Of a stretch of DNA of 64,000 nt, positions 42,980 through 53,338 are shown piece by piece. Each line of letters begins with the position of its first letter. The stretch's first letter is position 1. A program made the translations under genes and the position numbers. The notes under the pieces are model-generated. The model worked only from the letters and a program-made list of their open reading frames with translations, had not been told where the DNA came from and did no database searches. The DNA comes from Methanobacteriota archaeon (GTDB lineage Archaea > Halobacteriota > Bog-38 > Methanoflorentales > Methanoflorentaceae): assembly GCA_963719035.1 (NCBI GenBank), contig CAVRAO010000008.1, positions 128,001 through 192,000 on the forward strand. The letters are read 5' to 3'.

Positions 42980-44704
42980 CTAATGTCGACTGTGACCTTT
43001 CGATTGCCCAAGCCCACCGAACATCTCGAGTCCCTGCTGCGACGCGAGGATGCGCTTTAGGTCAGACCGATGCATGGCGACGTAGAGAAGACTCTGGATG
43101 CGTCGTAACCCAGAACTTGTCTCGGGATTGCGCAGGATCTGACGCGCTTGTTCGTCCGTGATGCCTGCAAGCGTGAGCATCGTGCCCGTCGTATCGGCGT
43201 ACTGCACCGACTCAGCAAAGCCCCGCCCGATATCATCACCGTGTGCGCTGCGCACGTAGACCGCCCCTTCAGCGTACTGACTGCCGTTCGCAAAATAATT
43301 CATCTGCCCTGATTCGACGATCGGGACGAGCGTAAATGAGCGGATATCCTCGGGCACAATCTCGCCAAACGTGAACTCCCATTGATTCGGGTGCCACGTG
43401 TGTGTTACGGGATATGACTGCTCGTTTGGCGAATAATCGCTCTTCACCCATTGAGAGACCACAAGCGTGCCGACCGTATTGGTAAGGTTTTTTTGCTCGT
43501 CCATGTACTTTCCAACAACGGTGGCCTGCATAACACCGGGTGGCTGCGCCCCGGTCTGATAATAAAACGAAATATACGCGTTCGTATGCGGGGCAAACAT
43601 CGTAAGCTGACGATCTCCGTTAAATTGTGCCATGAACCAGTCCCATCCGGGCGGTTCAGGCTGCTTGGTGTTGTTTGCGGCGCGCAAGACGGAAGACTGG
43701 GGATTGCCTGCAAGGTATCCCCATTGATGATCAAACCAAAACGTGCCGCGTTCAAGTTTGATGGTCTCGCCATCGATTCTAAGAGAGCTTTCAGGAGCGA
43801 CCTCCATGTGAGGGATGGAGTAATAGAGCGTTTCCATCCCATCAACGCACGGCATACAACCATTGGCACCTTGCAAGAGGTACTCCTTGCCTGAGGTGAA
43901 CGTAAGATCAATTTCCAATTCCTTCGCTTCAGCGCGCTTTTCGACCCCCCACGCAGCCAGATGAAGCGGGAAAAAGGAAGCGGTGGTCGTGCTCTCAATC
44001 CGGTTGCGACCGACTGCGTAGTGATACGGAGCAAGCCCACACGTTATGAGGCCCGTCGTGCCCGCAATCACGACAGGATCTGCTTGATAATGCCGATCGC
44101 CCGCTTTACTGATCCCTAGTTGGAGTTCGATGACCTGATTTTCGATATCAGTAAGGTTGAATTGCGCCGCCAGCGCGGGATTGAGCAGAGGAGCGCGGAA
44201 CAACATGTACTCGATACCGAATTCACGCCCTTCCGCGTCCCAACAGCTGCCGACAAAAAAGTGCCAGCCAACTTGTGTTTTGAGCTGAGGCAGGTGGTCG
44301 CGCGGAAACTCAAGATCGGCCGTCTCGGGTAATCGTTCGAATCCCTGGCTCGCGTTAAGGCCGAGGAACTTACTCACGATCACATACGCTTGATGAGGTG
44401 TAAGTTCTCTGCATAAGCGCTTGAGCGCAGTGTAACGCCGTTCATAATTTGGATTATGAGATTGCGGATGCGCCAGAAGCCAGTCAAGGTACGCGCCCAT
44501 CCTCGTGCCTAACGACTGCGTGCTGTTTTTGGAATCGCGGATTTGCACACCGACATCATCGGGGATATTGTCGGATTCAAAAAAACGCATCCAGAGCGCA
44601 TGCGCGATGTGCTGTTTCGTTGCGTCGTCAAGAGGCATCTCAAAATCGATAGCGTCATCCATTAATCTCAATCCTGATTGTACGGTCGTATGTTGCCCTT
44701 TCAA
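42980..44704 (-). CDS. Lipocalin-like CrtC/AttH family protein
   Basis: FPRDH....GWHFF, YYSIPH, WFDHQWG, GWDWF, YAEGAV..G.GFAE. Confidence 0.85.
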   Translation of the reverse strand: MKGQHTTVQSGLRLMDDAIDFEMPLDDATKQHIAHALWMRFFESDNIPDDVGVQIRDSKNSTQSLGTRMGAYLDWLLAHPQSHNPNYERRYTALKRLCRELTPHQAYVIVSKFLGLNASQGFERLPETADLEFPRDHLPQLKTQVGWHFFVGSCWDAEGREFGIEYMLFRAPLLNPALAAQFNLTDIENQVIELQLGISKAGDRHYQADPVVIAGTTGLITCGLAPYHYAVGRNRIESTTTASFFPLHLAAWGVEKRAEAKELEIDLTFTSGKEYLLQGANGCMPCVDGMETLYYSIPHMEVAPESSLRIDGETIKLERGTFWFDHQWGYLAGNPQSSVLRAANNTKQPEPPGWDWFMAQFNGDRQLTMFAPHTNAYISFYYQTGAQPPGVMQATVVGKYMDEQKNLTNTVGTLVVSQWVKSDYSPNEQSYPVTHTWHPNQWEFTFGEIVPEDIRSFTLVPIVESGQMNYFANGSQYAEGAVYVRSAHGDDIGRGFAESVQYADTTGTMLTLAGITDEQARQILRNPETSSGLRRIQSLLYVAMHRSDLKRILASQQGLEMFGGLGQSKGHSRH

Positions 44705-45256
44705 TGCACCTTATCCTTAAAAAAGGGGCCGTATGTTGATGGAGTGCTATCATAAGACAATGCATATGCAAAAACTAAATGCTTAAGCTCAGCCGCCTTC
44801 CCGTATCGCTTTTCAGACGGACTAAATCAGCAACCTTATACGCTACACTAAGGTGATAAAGAGCAGTTTTTCACATAGGCGGCGAATAGTGAACTAGCCT
44901 GTCGAAAAGCGGTGATTATGGCGGATAGACTAGATTTGAAACGTATGGCATTTATCGCCCTCTTGCTCTGCGTGATGATAGTCGCGGCTGTCGGAGCAGG
45001 CGCGCCCGAAACCGTGCTTAGTGCTAAAAATGCGATTTAAATTATCGCTAATTATAATACGCTCCGGGGGCGCTATATGGACATACCTGTCTCTGCGATG
45101 CGGTCGCCAAATCCTACGTGATAAAAGACGCCTGGGATGATGAGATAACGCTCGTACCGCGCGATGAGAAATTCCCAGAACTGGAAAAATAACCAAAAAC
45201 CCCCAAAACCACCCCGGCTCTAAGTGGGGCAATCGAATTCGAACTGGAGGCACAAT

Positions 45257-46219
45257 GTGAAGGAAATCACGATAAACGAAATCGAAGGCTTTCAGATAGG
45301 CAGCGACCAGGATACGGTCGGCGGAACCGGCTGCACGGTCATAATATGCAGGAATGGCGCCACTGCAGGCGTGGAGGTAAGGGGGTCGGCCCCCGCAACA
45401 AGGGAGACCGACCTGCTTTCGCCCCTGAACATGGTCGAAAAGATAAACGCTGTGATACTTTCGGGAGGCAGTGCCTTCGGGCTTGACGCCGCGGGAGGCG
45501 TCATGAAGTACCTGGAAGAGGACAGCATCGGCTTCGAAACCGGCTTCGGCGTAGTGCCGATCGTATGCGGAGCCGCGCTTTTTGACCTGTGCGTCGGAAA
45601 TCCGAAGGCCAGACCTGACATGAAAATGGGCTACGCAGCCTGCATGAACGCGAGGAAGAACAGCCCCAAGGAGGGGAATTACGGCGCCGGAACCGGCGCC
45701 ACGGTGGGAAAATTCCATGGGCCTGACCACATGATGAAGAGTGGGCTGGGGATGTACGCCGTGCAGGCCGGAAGGGTCAAATGCGGAGCCATCGTAGCCG
45801 TCAACGCCCTGGGAGACGTTTATGACGCGGATACGGGCGACCAGTTGGCGGGTATCCTGAACAAGGACAGGAACGGCCTGGACAATACCCATGCGCTCAT
45901 GATGGACTTCATGGAGCGTGATCTCAACGCGTTCAGGGCAAATACGACCCTGGGGTGCATCATAACCAACGCCAGGCTCACCAAGGCCCAGTGCACCAAG
46001 CTGGCCGCATTCACGCATAACGGATACGCCAGGGCGATACGTCCTGTACACACGACCGTGGACGGCGATACGGTGTTTGTGATGGCTGCGGGAAACGTTG
46101 ACGCAGCGCTGGACAGCCTGGGAGTCCTTGCTGCTGACGTCATGGCCAAGGCCATAGCAAGGGCGGTGCTGTCGGCCGAGCCTGCATATGGGCTTCCCGT
46201 CGCACGCAGTTTTAAGTAG
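45257..46219 (+). CDS. P1/S58 family peptidase (DmpA-like)
   Basis: TGCTVI, RGSAPATRETDLL, LSGGSAFGL, VNALGD, NTTLG, HTTVDGDTVF. Confidence 0.92.
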   Translation: MKEITINEIEGFQIGSDQDTVGGTGCTVIICRNGATAGVEVRGSAPATRETDLLSPLNMVEKINAVILSGGSAFGLDAAGGVMKYLEEDSIGFETGFGVVPIVCGAALFDLCVGNPKARPDMKMGYAACMNARKNSPKEGNYGAGTGATVGKFHGPDHMMKSGLGMYAVQAGRVKCGAIVAVNALGDVYDADTGDQLAGILNKDRNGLDNTHALMMDFMERDLNAFRANTTLGCIITNARLTKAQCTKLAAFTHNGYARAIRPVHTTVDGDTVFVMAAGNVDAALDSLGVLAADVMAKAIARAVLSAEPAYGLPVARSFK

Positions 46220-46520
46220 CGGGAATCAGCGTTTAGCCGAGAGCTTGGGCTCTTAATCAAGTCGCGTCCGCACTTTTCTCGTTTGGATACTGGGCGCGAG
46301 ATACGTTGAGTGTCGCCCCGCCGTGGAGGGGATGTTCACCAGCGTAATTCGTCCCCACGACCCCATCGTGATTGCCTGAGAGTAACCCCCGACGTGCGAC
46401 TTACGGCCTCAAAGGGCCAACCGGCGAAGACAATCGGTTAAAATAAAGTTAGTTACATAGATACCGCAATGCCAGCGTGGTGACAGATCATCGCTACGGT
46501 CAAATGAATGGAGACAGGAC

Positions 46521-46916
46521 GTGCAGAATCGCGCCAACTCAGAAATCGATAGCGTGAAGCGCTTGCTGCATGAAAGCCGCGGACTCATCGAGCACATTTC
46601 AACATTGACTGATGAGCGTGCCAAACTCAACCCGCTTCCCGGTTCACTTCGAAAACGGCATATGCGATGTGGCAAGCGGAGTTGCCGCTGTAGGACGGGC
46701 GCACTGCACGGCCCTTACTACTATTTTGAGCCCTCACGGCAGCACGGGAAGTGGCGCTACGTTTCGAGGGATCGCCTTGTTGACGTGAAGAAGGGCATCG
46801 CTGACTGGAAAAAGCAGCAGGAAATCGACGAAACGCTGCAGACGTGTGCAGCTCGGCTTGATGCTGTCCTTAAGGCGATCCAAAAGGAGATTGCCTCGGT
46901 GATTTCAGCACCCTGA
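46521..46916 (+). CDS. DUF6788-like Zn-ribbon protein (often associated with mobile elements)
   Basis: GSL...RCGKRSCRC..G.LHGPYYY. Confidence 0.75.
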   Translation: MQNRANSEIDSVKRLLHESRGLIEHISTLTDERAKLNPLPGSLRKRHMRCGKRSCRCRTGALHGPYYYFEPSRQHGKWRYVSRDRLVDVKKGIADWKKQQEIDETLQTCAARLDAVLKAIQKEIASVISAP

Positions 46917-47057
46917 CGAGCACGCTATCATAAAACGTGCGGGTTGTTATCGTCGATAGATGTTTGTCCTACTCTAATAATGGATAAATTCATATATAAG
47001 TAGAGTAGGATAACGCGTACAAGATTCCTTCTTCAGAAGCTATCTGTGTTACCGGTT

Positions 47058-47711
47058 ATGGCTCACATTCATCTGCCGGATGGGGTGTTCTCGCTTCAAT
47101 GGGTGATCGTCTGGTGGACGCTCGCCTTGATCGTGCTTGCAATAGCGCTCCTCGTCTCGCGTCGCCAGACTGTCGCCACCCAGCGGATCACCATCGCGGC
47201 GTTACTCGCTGCTGCTGCGTTCGCCATATTTCAGGTGAACATCCCGTTCGCCGGCGGGGTGCATATGAACCTCACCCCGCTCATCGGCATTCTCGCCGGC
47301 CCTACCATCGGGTCGCTGATCGTGTTGATTGTCAATATTCTCAGTGCGGCGATCGGCCACGGCGGGTGGGGGCTGATCGGGGCAAACACCCTTGTGAATA
47401 TTAGCGAGGTCGGGAGCGCGTATTACCTCTTCTATTATGCGACCCGCCGTTTTGAGCTCTTCACCCGTGGAGCGGTCGCGGCGTTTGGCGGGTTGCTTGT
47501 GGGAAACGCCTTGTCAGTAATCATCATCGTGATTTCAGGGATACAGGGGAGCACCCTTTCGGGAAGTGCGTTGCTCGTGTACATACTCCAAGTCCCCCTC
47601 TTGAACCTGATTGTGGCCGTAGGCGAGGCGATTGTGACGGGATTTGTGGTAGAATATTTGGGCAAGGTGCGCCGTGATTTGCTCGCTCCGCGAGACGTTG
47701 TTGGTGAATGA
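47058..47711 (+). CDS. cbiM: CbiM/NikM family ECF substrate-binding component
   Basis: MAHIHLPDG N-terminus, HMNLTPLIGILAGP, GHGGWGLIGAN. Confidence 0.88.
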   Translation: MAHIHLPDGVFSLQWVIVWWTLALIVLAIALLVSRRQTVATQRITIAALLAAAAFAIFQVNIPFAGGVHMNLTPLIGILAGPTIGSLIVLIVNILSAAIGHGGWGLIGANTLVNISEVGSAYYLFYYATRRFELFTRGAVAAFGGLLVGNALSVIIIVISGIQGSTLSGSALLVYILQVPLLNLIVAVGEAIVTGFVVEYLGKVRRDLLAPRDVVGE

Positions 47712-47943
47712 CGTGAAGTGGCAATATCTCATATTGGCGGCGGTCTTTATTGGTGCGGTGGCAATCTCTCTCTGGACAGCCACGCGTGTCGACATGCACG
47801 AAATAGAACAAGGCTTAACCAACGTCTCAGAGGAGGAGCACGAGGGAGTTATTGAAGGAGGCAACGTCGCTCTCTACGGCGCAATCGTAATTATACTGTT
47901 TTTTATCGCCCTCGCTGTTTTTGTTTGGTCAAAATATCAATGA
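47704..47943 (+). CDS. Small two-TM CbiN/NikN-like partner
   Basis: Overlaps the cbiM stop; two TM helices with an acidic/His loop. Confidence 0.6.
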   Translation: MNDVKWQYLILAAVFIGAVAISLWTATRVDMHEIEQGLTNVSEEEHEGVIEGGNVALYGAIVIILFFIALAVFVWSKYQ

Positions 47944-48064
47944 ATACGTGCCTAGGATGCACACACTATCAGTCTATCAGCTTATTGTGCACCAAAAACG
48001 TTCGGTTTTTGCATTACCGACTGGGGGGCAGAAGGGCAGTGATGAGCAGTCTTTACGGTGCACT

Positions 48065-49354
48065 TTACCCTTTCAGGCCCTGCACCACCGCGGTGGTCGT
48101 GCCCTGCCCTTGGACGACCGTTGCGCCTGAGCGGGGATCGGTGCTGAATTGCGCTGTCTCCACCTTCACGTACGTGCCGTTTTGACTTGTGATCGTCCAG
48201 AAGTCATAGTTCGCATACGCCCGATCGCCGACGGCGTTGAGCGTGGTATTGCCGGTGATGCCGGCATAGGCACTGGCAACGCGCGGAATGGCCTCTCGAA
48301 GCGCGGTGGTGTTCTGTGCGCCCACCTCGGCTATCGCGCGAGCCATGATCCACACCGCGTCGTAGGCGAAGGAGCCATAGGGGGTTTGCACCGTGCTATT
48401 CACGCTCGTATTATGCATGAGGCGATCGTATTGGGCGCCTTGCCCTTCGACCTGCTGAACGGCGGTGTAGTTCACACGGGCAGCTATCTGCGCCACTGTG
48501 TCGTTGGCGAGGATGGCGTTGATTGGCGTCGCTGCAACGCCCCACCAGCGCGCCGCCGACCATTGCGGGTCATTGCCCGCTGCGATGAGCATCGGCACCG
48601 TATTACGTTCGAACCCGATGAAGAGTACGCCGACCGAGCCCCCTTTGTACGTGGCTATCACTTGCGTGAGCTGTGGTCGCACGGCATCGAGCGCGCCGCT
48701 GAAGTTCGTGGTATTCGGCGGAAATCGCTCCGCCGCGGTCACGACGCCGCCCTGCTGTCGGAACGCGGTGGTCGTTGCGTTGATGAGTCCGTTGCCGTAG
48801 ACGTCGTCGCGTACGAAGGCTATGAGCAGACTCACTCCCTGTTCCGTCATCGCTTCAGCGAGCGCGGGGCCCTGGTGGCTGTCGTCGGGCACGATACGAA
48901 ACACGTTCCCTCGCGGAACGCCGAGCGACGAGGCGGTGCTTCCGTAGCTGATGAGTACCATGCCGACCTGGTCAGCATAGGGGGCGACGGCTTCGACTTC
49001 GGCGCTTGAGTAGGGCCCGATAACGGCCATCACCCCGTCTGCGTGCAGCGCTTGCATTGCCGCGAGCGCGCCATCAGGGGTCGTTCCCGTGTCCTTGACG
49101 GCGAGGTGGACGCGGACGCTCGCTTTAGCCGCGGTGAGGTAGTCGTTGACGTCAGCCTCCGCTGCGTGAATGGTGCTGTTCACGTTGGCGCCGACGTTCG
49201 CTCCGTCGCCTGTTAGCGGTAACAGCGCGCCGACGGTCACGCTTTTGGGTTGCGTCGTTCCCGGTTGAACGCTTGACGTGCATCCGGCGGTCAGAACGGT
49301 TCCAAGCACGACGAGCGCAATGAACGCCGTGCCCCAACGGCTCGTAAACGGCAT
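48065..49354 (-). CDS. Branched-chain amino-acid type substrate-binding lipoprotein
   Basis: Lipobox LTAGC; VGALLPLTG, IGPYSS, FRIVPDD, AYDAVW, GITG. Confidence 0.88.
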   Translation of the reverse strand: MPFTSRWGTAFIALVVLGTVLTAGCTSSVQPGTTQPKSVTVGALLPLTGDGANVGANVNSTIHAAEADVNDYLTAAKASVRVHLAVKDTGTTPDGALAAMQALHADGVMAVIGPYSSAEVEAVAPYADQVGMVLISYGSTASSLGVPRGNVFRIVPDDSHQGPALAEAMTEQGVSLLIAFVRDDVYGNGLINATTTAFRQQGGVVTAAERFPPNTTNFSGALDAVRPQLTQVIATYKGGSVGVLFIGFERNTVPMLIAAGNDPQWSAARWWGVAATPINAILANDTVAQIAARVNYTAVQQVEGQGAQYDRLMHNTSVNSTVQTPYGSFAYDAVWIMARAIAEVGAQNTTALREAIPRVASAYAGITGNTTLNAVGDRAYANYDFWTITSQNGTYVKVETAQFSTDPRSGATVVQGQGTTTAVVQGLKG

Positions 49355-49679
49355 ACGCACGAGCGTGTTAGACGAGGCAATATGATATAAAGGTGCATGG
49401 GCCTTGCGGGGCGCAACGGCCGAATCTTCTGTCTCGTCCGATTGAGCGCTTCCCCATATTGGGCACACACCACTAGACGAAGGTGTGTTCTTACGCGGAA
49501 GCCAAAAGCCAGTGGTATCTGTCGTGCATGTAGAAGCTGCTGACACCGGCACATGCCCCCGTCGCATTTTTAAAGAAAGCCTTTTCATCAAGCTATCTGG
49601 TTTTAGTACTCATAAAGCCTACGCTCGTAAAAAACCGAAAAATTAATATTCTTAGCGAGCGTGGTAAGGTCAATAGATT

Positions 49680-50228
49680 ATGAATATAGAAGAGTTCACC
49701 GACAGGCTCCATCGCCTTGGCATCGACGTGCCTGCAGGCACGTTACGGCGGTGGGCAGCAGAAGGGCTTGTAACAGCACCGCGGCGGGTGCAGAACCCGG
49801 CAGGACGTGGGCGGCTGAGCGACTGGCCTGAGACGTCCGTTGAAGAGGCCGCGGCGTGCTGGGCCGTCCGGCACCTCACCACTCAGGGGGCGGCACCCAA
49901 CGTCGAAACGATGCAGCGTGTCCGGCTGCTTTCCCGAAAGCTCTCCGAGACACCGTTTGGCATCATAACAGGAGACGTCAAGCCCGACGGGACACGCGGC
50001 CTGTTTTTGTTCTCGTCAGCGCTCCACCCGCTCGTCGTGAACTGGGCGGTGACGGTGGAAAAGGTGCGCCGTGGCTGGCCGGTGCTTAAGCCGGCGCGCC
50101 TCACGTTTCGGTGGACGGTCGCGGGCACACCGCACGAGGGAACGCTGAAAACGGCGCTGGTCGATGCAACGCTCGAACCGGCAGATCGTAATTCAGTCAG
50201 CATTCACAGCGAGCGAATTGACGTCTGA
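49680..50228 (+). CDS. Hypothetical protein with N-terminal MerR-like HTH
   Basis: GTLRRWAAEGLVTAP.R..GRGR. Confidence 0.7.
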   Translation: MNIEEFTDRLHRLGIDVPAGTLRRWAAEGLVTAPRRVQNPAGRGRLSDWPETSVEEAAACWAVRHLTTQGAAPNVETMQRVRLLSRKLSETPFGIITGDVKPDGTRGLFLFSSALHPLVVNWAVTVEKVRRGWPVLKPARLTFRWTVAGTPHEGTLKTALVDATLEPADRNSVSIHSERIDV

Positions 50229-50375
50229 GAGCGAACGACTAACGCCAGTAGTGAGACCATACATACAGAGACGACGCAGAGCCACTGTCGACTCTTGCAC
50301 GCAGACAGGACTGCGGCGGGATCTCCTGTCGCCACAGATCAGGTATTGACCATGCGAAACGCACGAGGCTGAAGC

Positions 50376-50620
50376 ATGAAAGACGCCGAAGTGAGACACC
50401 AGTTTATAACGCTCAGGGCACAATTCAAGAGCTTTGATACCATTTCCAAAGAGCTGCGCGTGCACAAGCCGACGCTCATCGAGTGGGAACATGAGTACAA
50501 AGAGAAAATCGCAAATCTCAAGGCTATCGAACTGGAGGAACTCAGAGAACGGTTTTGGCTTACGACAAAGGCGCAGACGACTCGCGGTCTTTGAGAAGCG
50601 TATTGAGCTGTTAGGGGGGG
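50376..50620 (+). pseudogene. HTH protein of a mobile-element module, frameshifted near 50575
   Basis: FITLRAQFKSFDTISKELRVHKPTLIEW; alternate frame continues RRLAVFEKRIELL. Confidence 0.65.
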
Positions 50621-50694
50621 CGTCGCTTAAAATGTGCTTCAGACAGGCCGACAAGACAGAGGACGGCCAAGGGTATCAGTCAAGAAGGTGAACA

Positions 50695-52023
50695 ATGACG
50701 AAGGGACTGCTCATCGCGGGAACCAAAAGCGGGATCGGAAAAACGACGGTCGCACTCGCCATCCTCAAAGCGCTTGTGGACTCAGGCTTTACGGTGCAGT
50801 CATACAAAGTAGGCCCGGATTTCATCGACCCCAGCCACCTCGAAAAGGTGACTAACGCGCCGTGCTATAATCTTGATTCGTTCATGATGGGTGACGACGG
50901 CGTCAGGCGAGAGCTGGCAAAATCCACCGCCGACTACGCCATCATAGAAGGGGCAATGGGCTTCTATGACGGGATCTCAAGCTGCGCTCAGATTGCAGAC
51001 CTGGCGAAAGTGCCGGTTCTTCTGGTGATTGACGCAAGCGCTTCTGCGGAAAGCGTCGCTGCAGAGGCTTTAGGGTTCGTGAGGTACGCATCTTACACCC
51101 CATACGAACTCACGATAGCTGGCGTTATAGCCAACCGCGTCAGCACCCAAAGACATGGTGAAAGCATACGACGGGCGATGAATGTAATAAATGTGCCGCT
51201 GGTCGGAACGGTTGAAGGAAACGCCGAGGGCATCCCGTCACGACATCTCGGACTGCATTTGGGGTCGGAAGTTTCACTGTCCAACGCCGCCTTAAAGTCA
51301 ATCTACGAATCACTGGATATCGATTTTATAAAACGAATAGCGGCGCCCATCGCGCCTCACAAGCCGCACGAGCTGCGCGAGAAAACCGGCACATACGATG
51401 CGCGAATTGGGATTGCTTACGACCCCGCATTTTGTTTCTATTATCGCTCAAACATCCAGTCAATTCAAAAACACGCCCAAATTGTCTATTTCTCTCCCAT
51501 GCGCGACGCACTCCCAGACGTCGACGGGTTGTACATCGGCGGCGGGTATCCGGAACTTTATGCTACCCAGTTGAACAAGAACAGACGCCTTCTCAACGAT
51601 GTGAAAAAAAATGCGGAAGACGATATGCCCGTTTACGGCGAATGTGGGGGGCTCATGTACCTGTCGCGCTCGCTCACCACAACTGATGAAGAAAGAGTCA
51701 CTATGGGAAACGTTCTTCCGATGGACGTTCAAATGACAAAAAAGCTCCAAGCCTTAGGGCATGTAGCGGTCGAGACTGTTATGGAATGTCCAATCGCACA
51801 GCGCGGCGATGTCTTACGCGGACATGAGTACCATTACTCGATTGCTTCGCTAGATTCTGATGCGCGATTCGCTTATCGCGTAGCACAAGGTAAAGGAATT
51901 GACGGACGTGATGGGGTAATAGAGGGCAACGTCGTGGCTTCGTATCTTCATGCGCATGTATACTCTATGCCTCGCGAGTTTGACTTGTTTTGCGCAAAAG
52001 CGAGTGCTTTCTCTCACACGTAG
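50695..52023 (+). CDS. cbiA: Cobyrinate a,c-diamide synthase family protein (CbiA/CobB; CfbB not excluded)
   Basis: GTKSGIGKTT, KVGPDFIDP, EGAMGFYDG, SRHLGL, GGGYPE, GECGG, GHEYHY. Confidence 0.9.
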   Translation: MTKGLLIAGTKSGIGKTTVALAILKALVDSGFTVQSYKVGPDFIDPSHLEKVTNAPCYNLDSFMMGDDGVRRELAKSTADYAIIEGAMGFYDGISSCAQIADLAKVPVLLVIDASASAESVAAEALGFVRYASYTPYELTIAGVIANRVSTQRHGESIRRAMNVINVPLVGTVEGNAEGIPSRHLGLHLGSEVSLSNAALKSIYESLDIDFIKRIAAPIAPHKPHELREKTGTYDARIGIAYDPAFCFYYRSNIQSIQKHAQIVYFSPMRDALPDVDGLYIGGGYPELYATQLNKNRRLLNDVKKNAEDDMPVYGECGGLMYLSRSLTTTDEERVTMGNVLPMDVQMTKKLQALGHVAVETVMECPIAQRGDVLRGHEYHYSIASLDSDARFAYRVAQGKGIDGRDGVIEGNVVASYLHAHVYSMPREFDLFCAKASAFSHT

Positions 52024-52335
52024 AATCAATCGCGAAGGGTGTAGTGATAAGGTCACAGCGGGCGTTAGGTGTGGTTTCACCCCTCGACCGTTTCAATGTA
52101 GTCGCAGCGACTGATATTCGTAAGAATCAAGATGTTACCTTTCCACTGCGACTTCTCAGAGGTGAGGTCATTCAGACATTAATACAACAGCAGTTTACCT
52201 GAAGTTCAATGACCAGGACCTACAAGATGTACATGCTAATGTGCCGGTTTAAAACCTCTTAATTGCGTCTGTGGTAGACTACAACAGCTCAGCTGTGCCA
52301 GACTATCGAACGGCCTTGTTTGCCTAGTGCCATAA

Positions 52336-52485
52336 TTAAATTCTTACGATATCAGCGTAAGCGTTGGCTACGCATTTGGCGCACAACTTGCTGTCCGGAC
52401 TTACTAGTCCCAGCCCGCACTCCGTATTTATGTCAAAATAGCAATAGTTGAGGGCGAGTGCTGTTGTTTTGACTTCTGCTTCCAT
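52336..52485 (-). CDS. 4-Cys microprotein (49 aa)
   Basis: MEAEVKTTALALNYCYFDINTECGLGLVSPDSKLCAKCVANAYADIVRI; strong SD AAGGAGGTGA. Confidence 0.7.
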   Translation of the reverse strand: MEAEVKTTALALNYCYFDINTECGLGLVSPDSKLCAKCVANAYADIVRI

Positions 52486-52869
52486 TTGTTTATTCACCTC
52501 CTTTACTCTCATGTAAGCAGGGAGGACACGTGCCGCCATTCGCAAGTCCAGGAGGCTGGTACGCTCTTCCTCACTTTCGATAACCCAAACAATAAGTCAA
52601 TATGTAAATGTGCGTGACACGACTTCTGTGTTACAGACTAACACTGCGTGCGGCAAACTGCAGTTAAACCGACGAGTTTAGATAGTTTTTATAATAAGTA
52701 AGTGCCTGAAGACGTAGGCATTTATTCGTGCAATTTCGTTTTTATTTGAGTAAAGAGAAGTGTTATTGCAATTTTTAAACAGGCTTACGCGGCGGCTTTT
52801 TAACTACCTTCATGCCGCTAAAATCGCTTATACGCCCACCCTGCCATCTTCTGGAACATTAGCTCGGTT

Positions 52870-53067
52870 CTAGACCCGCCGTCGTCCATCATTCACGTTC
52901 TCATGCACCCGGTGAGATCGTCCTTTTCTATCTTTAAAACAAAAATACTTACCTTCAATCTCCTTTTCGAGCTCTTGAAACGCTTTTTCGTCCGGTGACA
53001 CGATCACACAAAATAATTTTAAATCATCCAACGCCTTTTTCGGATTCAGTGGGTCTATCTCCATCAC
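52870..53067 (-). CDS. Short hypothetical protein or gene fragment
   Basis: 65-aa ORF; no family recognised. Confidence 0.35.
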   Translation of the reverse strand: MMEIDPLNPKKALDDLKLFCVIVSPDEKAFQELEKEIEGKYFCFKDRKGRSHRVHENVNDGRRRV

Positions 53068-53338
53068 TCTAGCCTGCTATCGTTAAAAAACACAAAGTTT
53101 ACGAAGCCAACCTAATCCGCGCGAACAAGCGCCCCGACTGGCTCAGGCATCATCACTTCCCTTGTTTGTTAGCTAAAGCCTACAAGTTGTAAGAACGGGC
53201 TCTTATTTTATTATTGCGTTGCAGCCAAGTGTGACGCTAAATTGTAGTCACGCGGGTTTACATAACGACGTATCGTTGGTGCTATCGGGAGCAATGAGGG
53301 CATTGCTGTCACAACACCAAAAAGGCGAGTCAAACAAA

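Noticed and set aside
44930-46051. 373-aa minus-strand ORF
   Set aside because: Antisense shadow of the GC3-rich P1 peptidase gene
48149-49009. 286-aa plus-strand ORF
   Set aside because: Antisense of the substrate-binding protein gene
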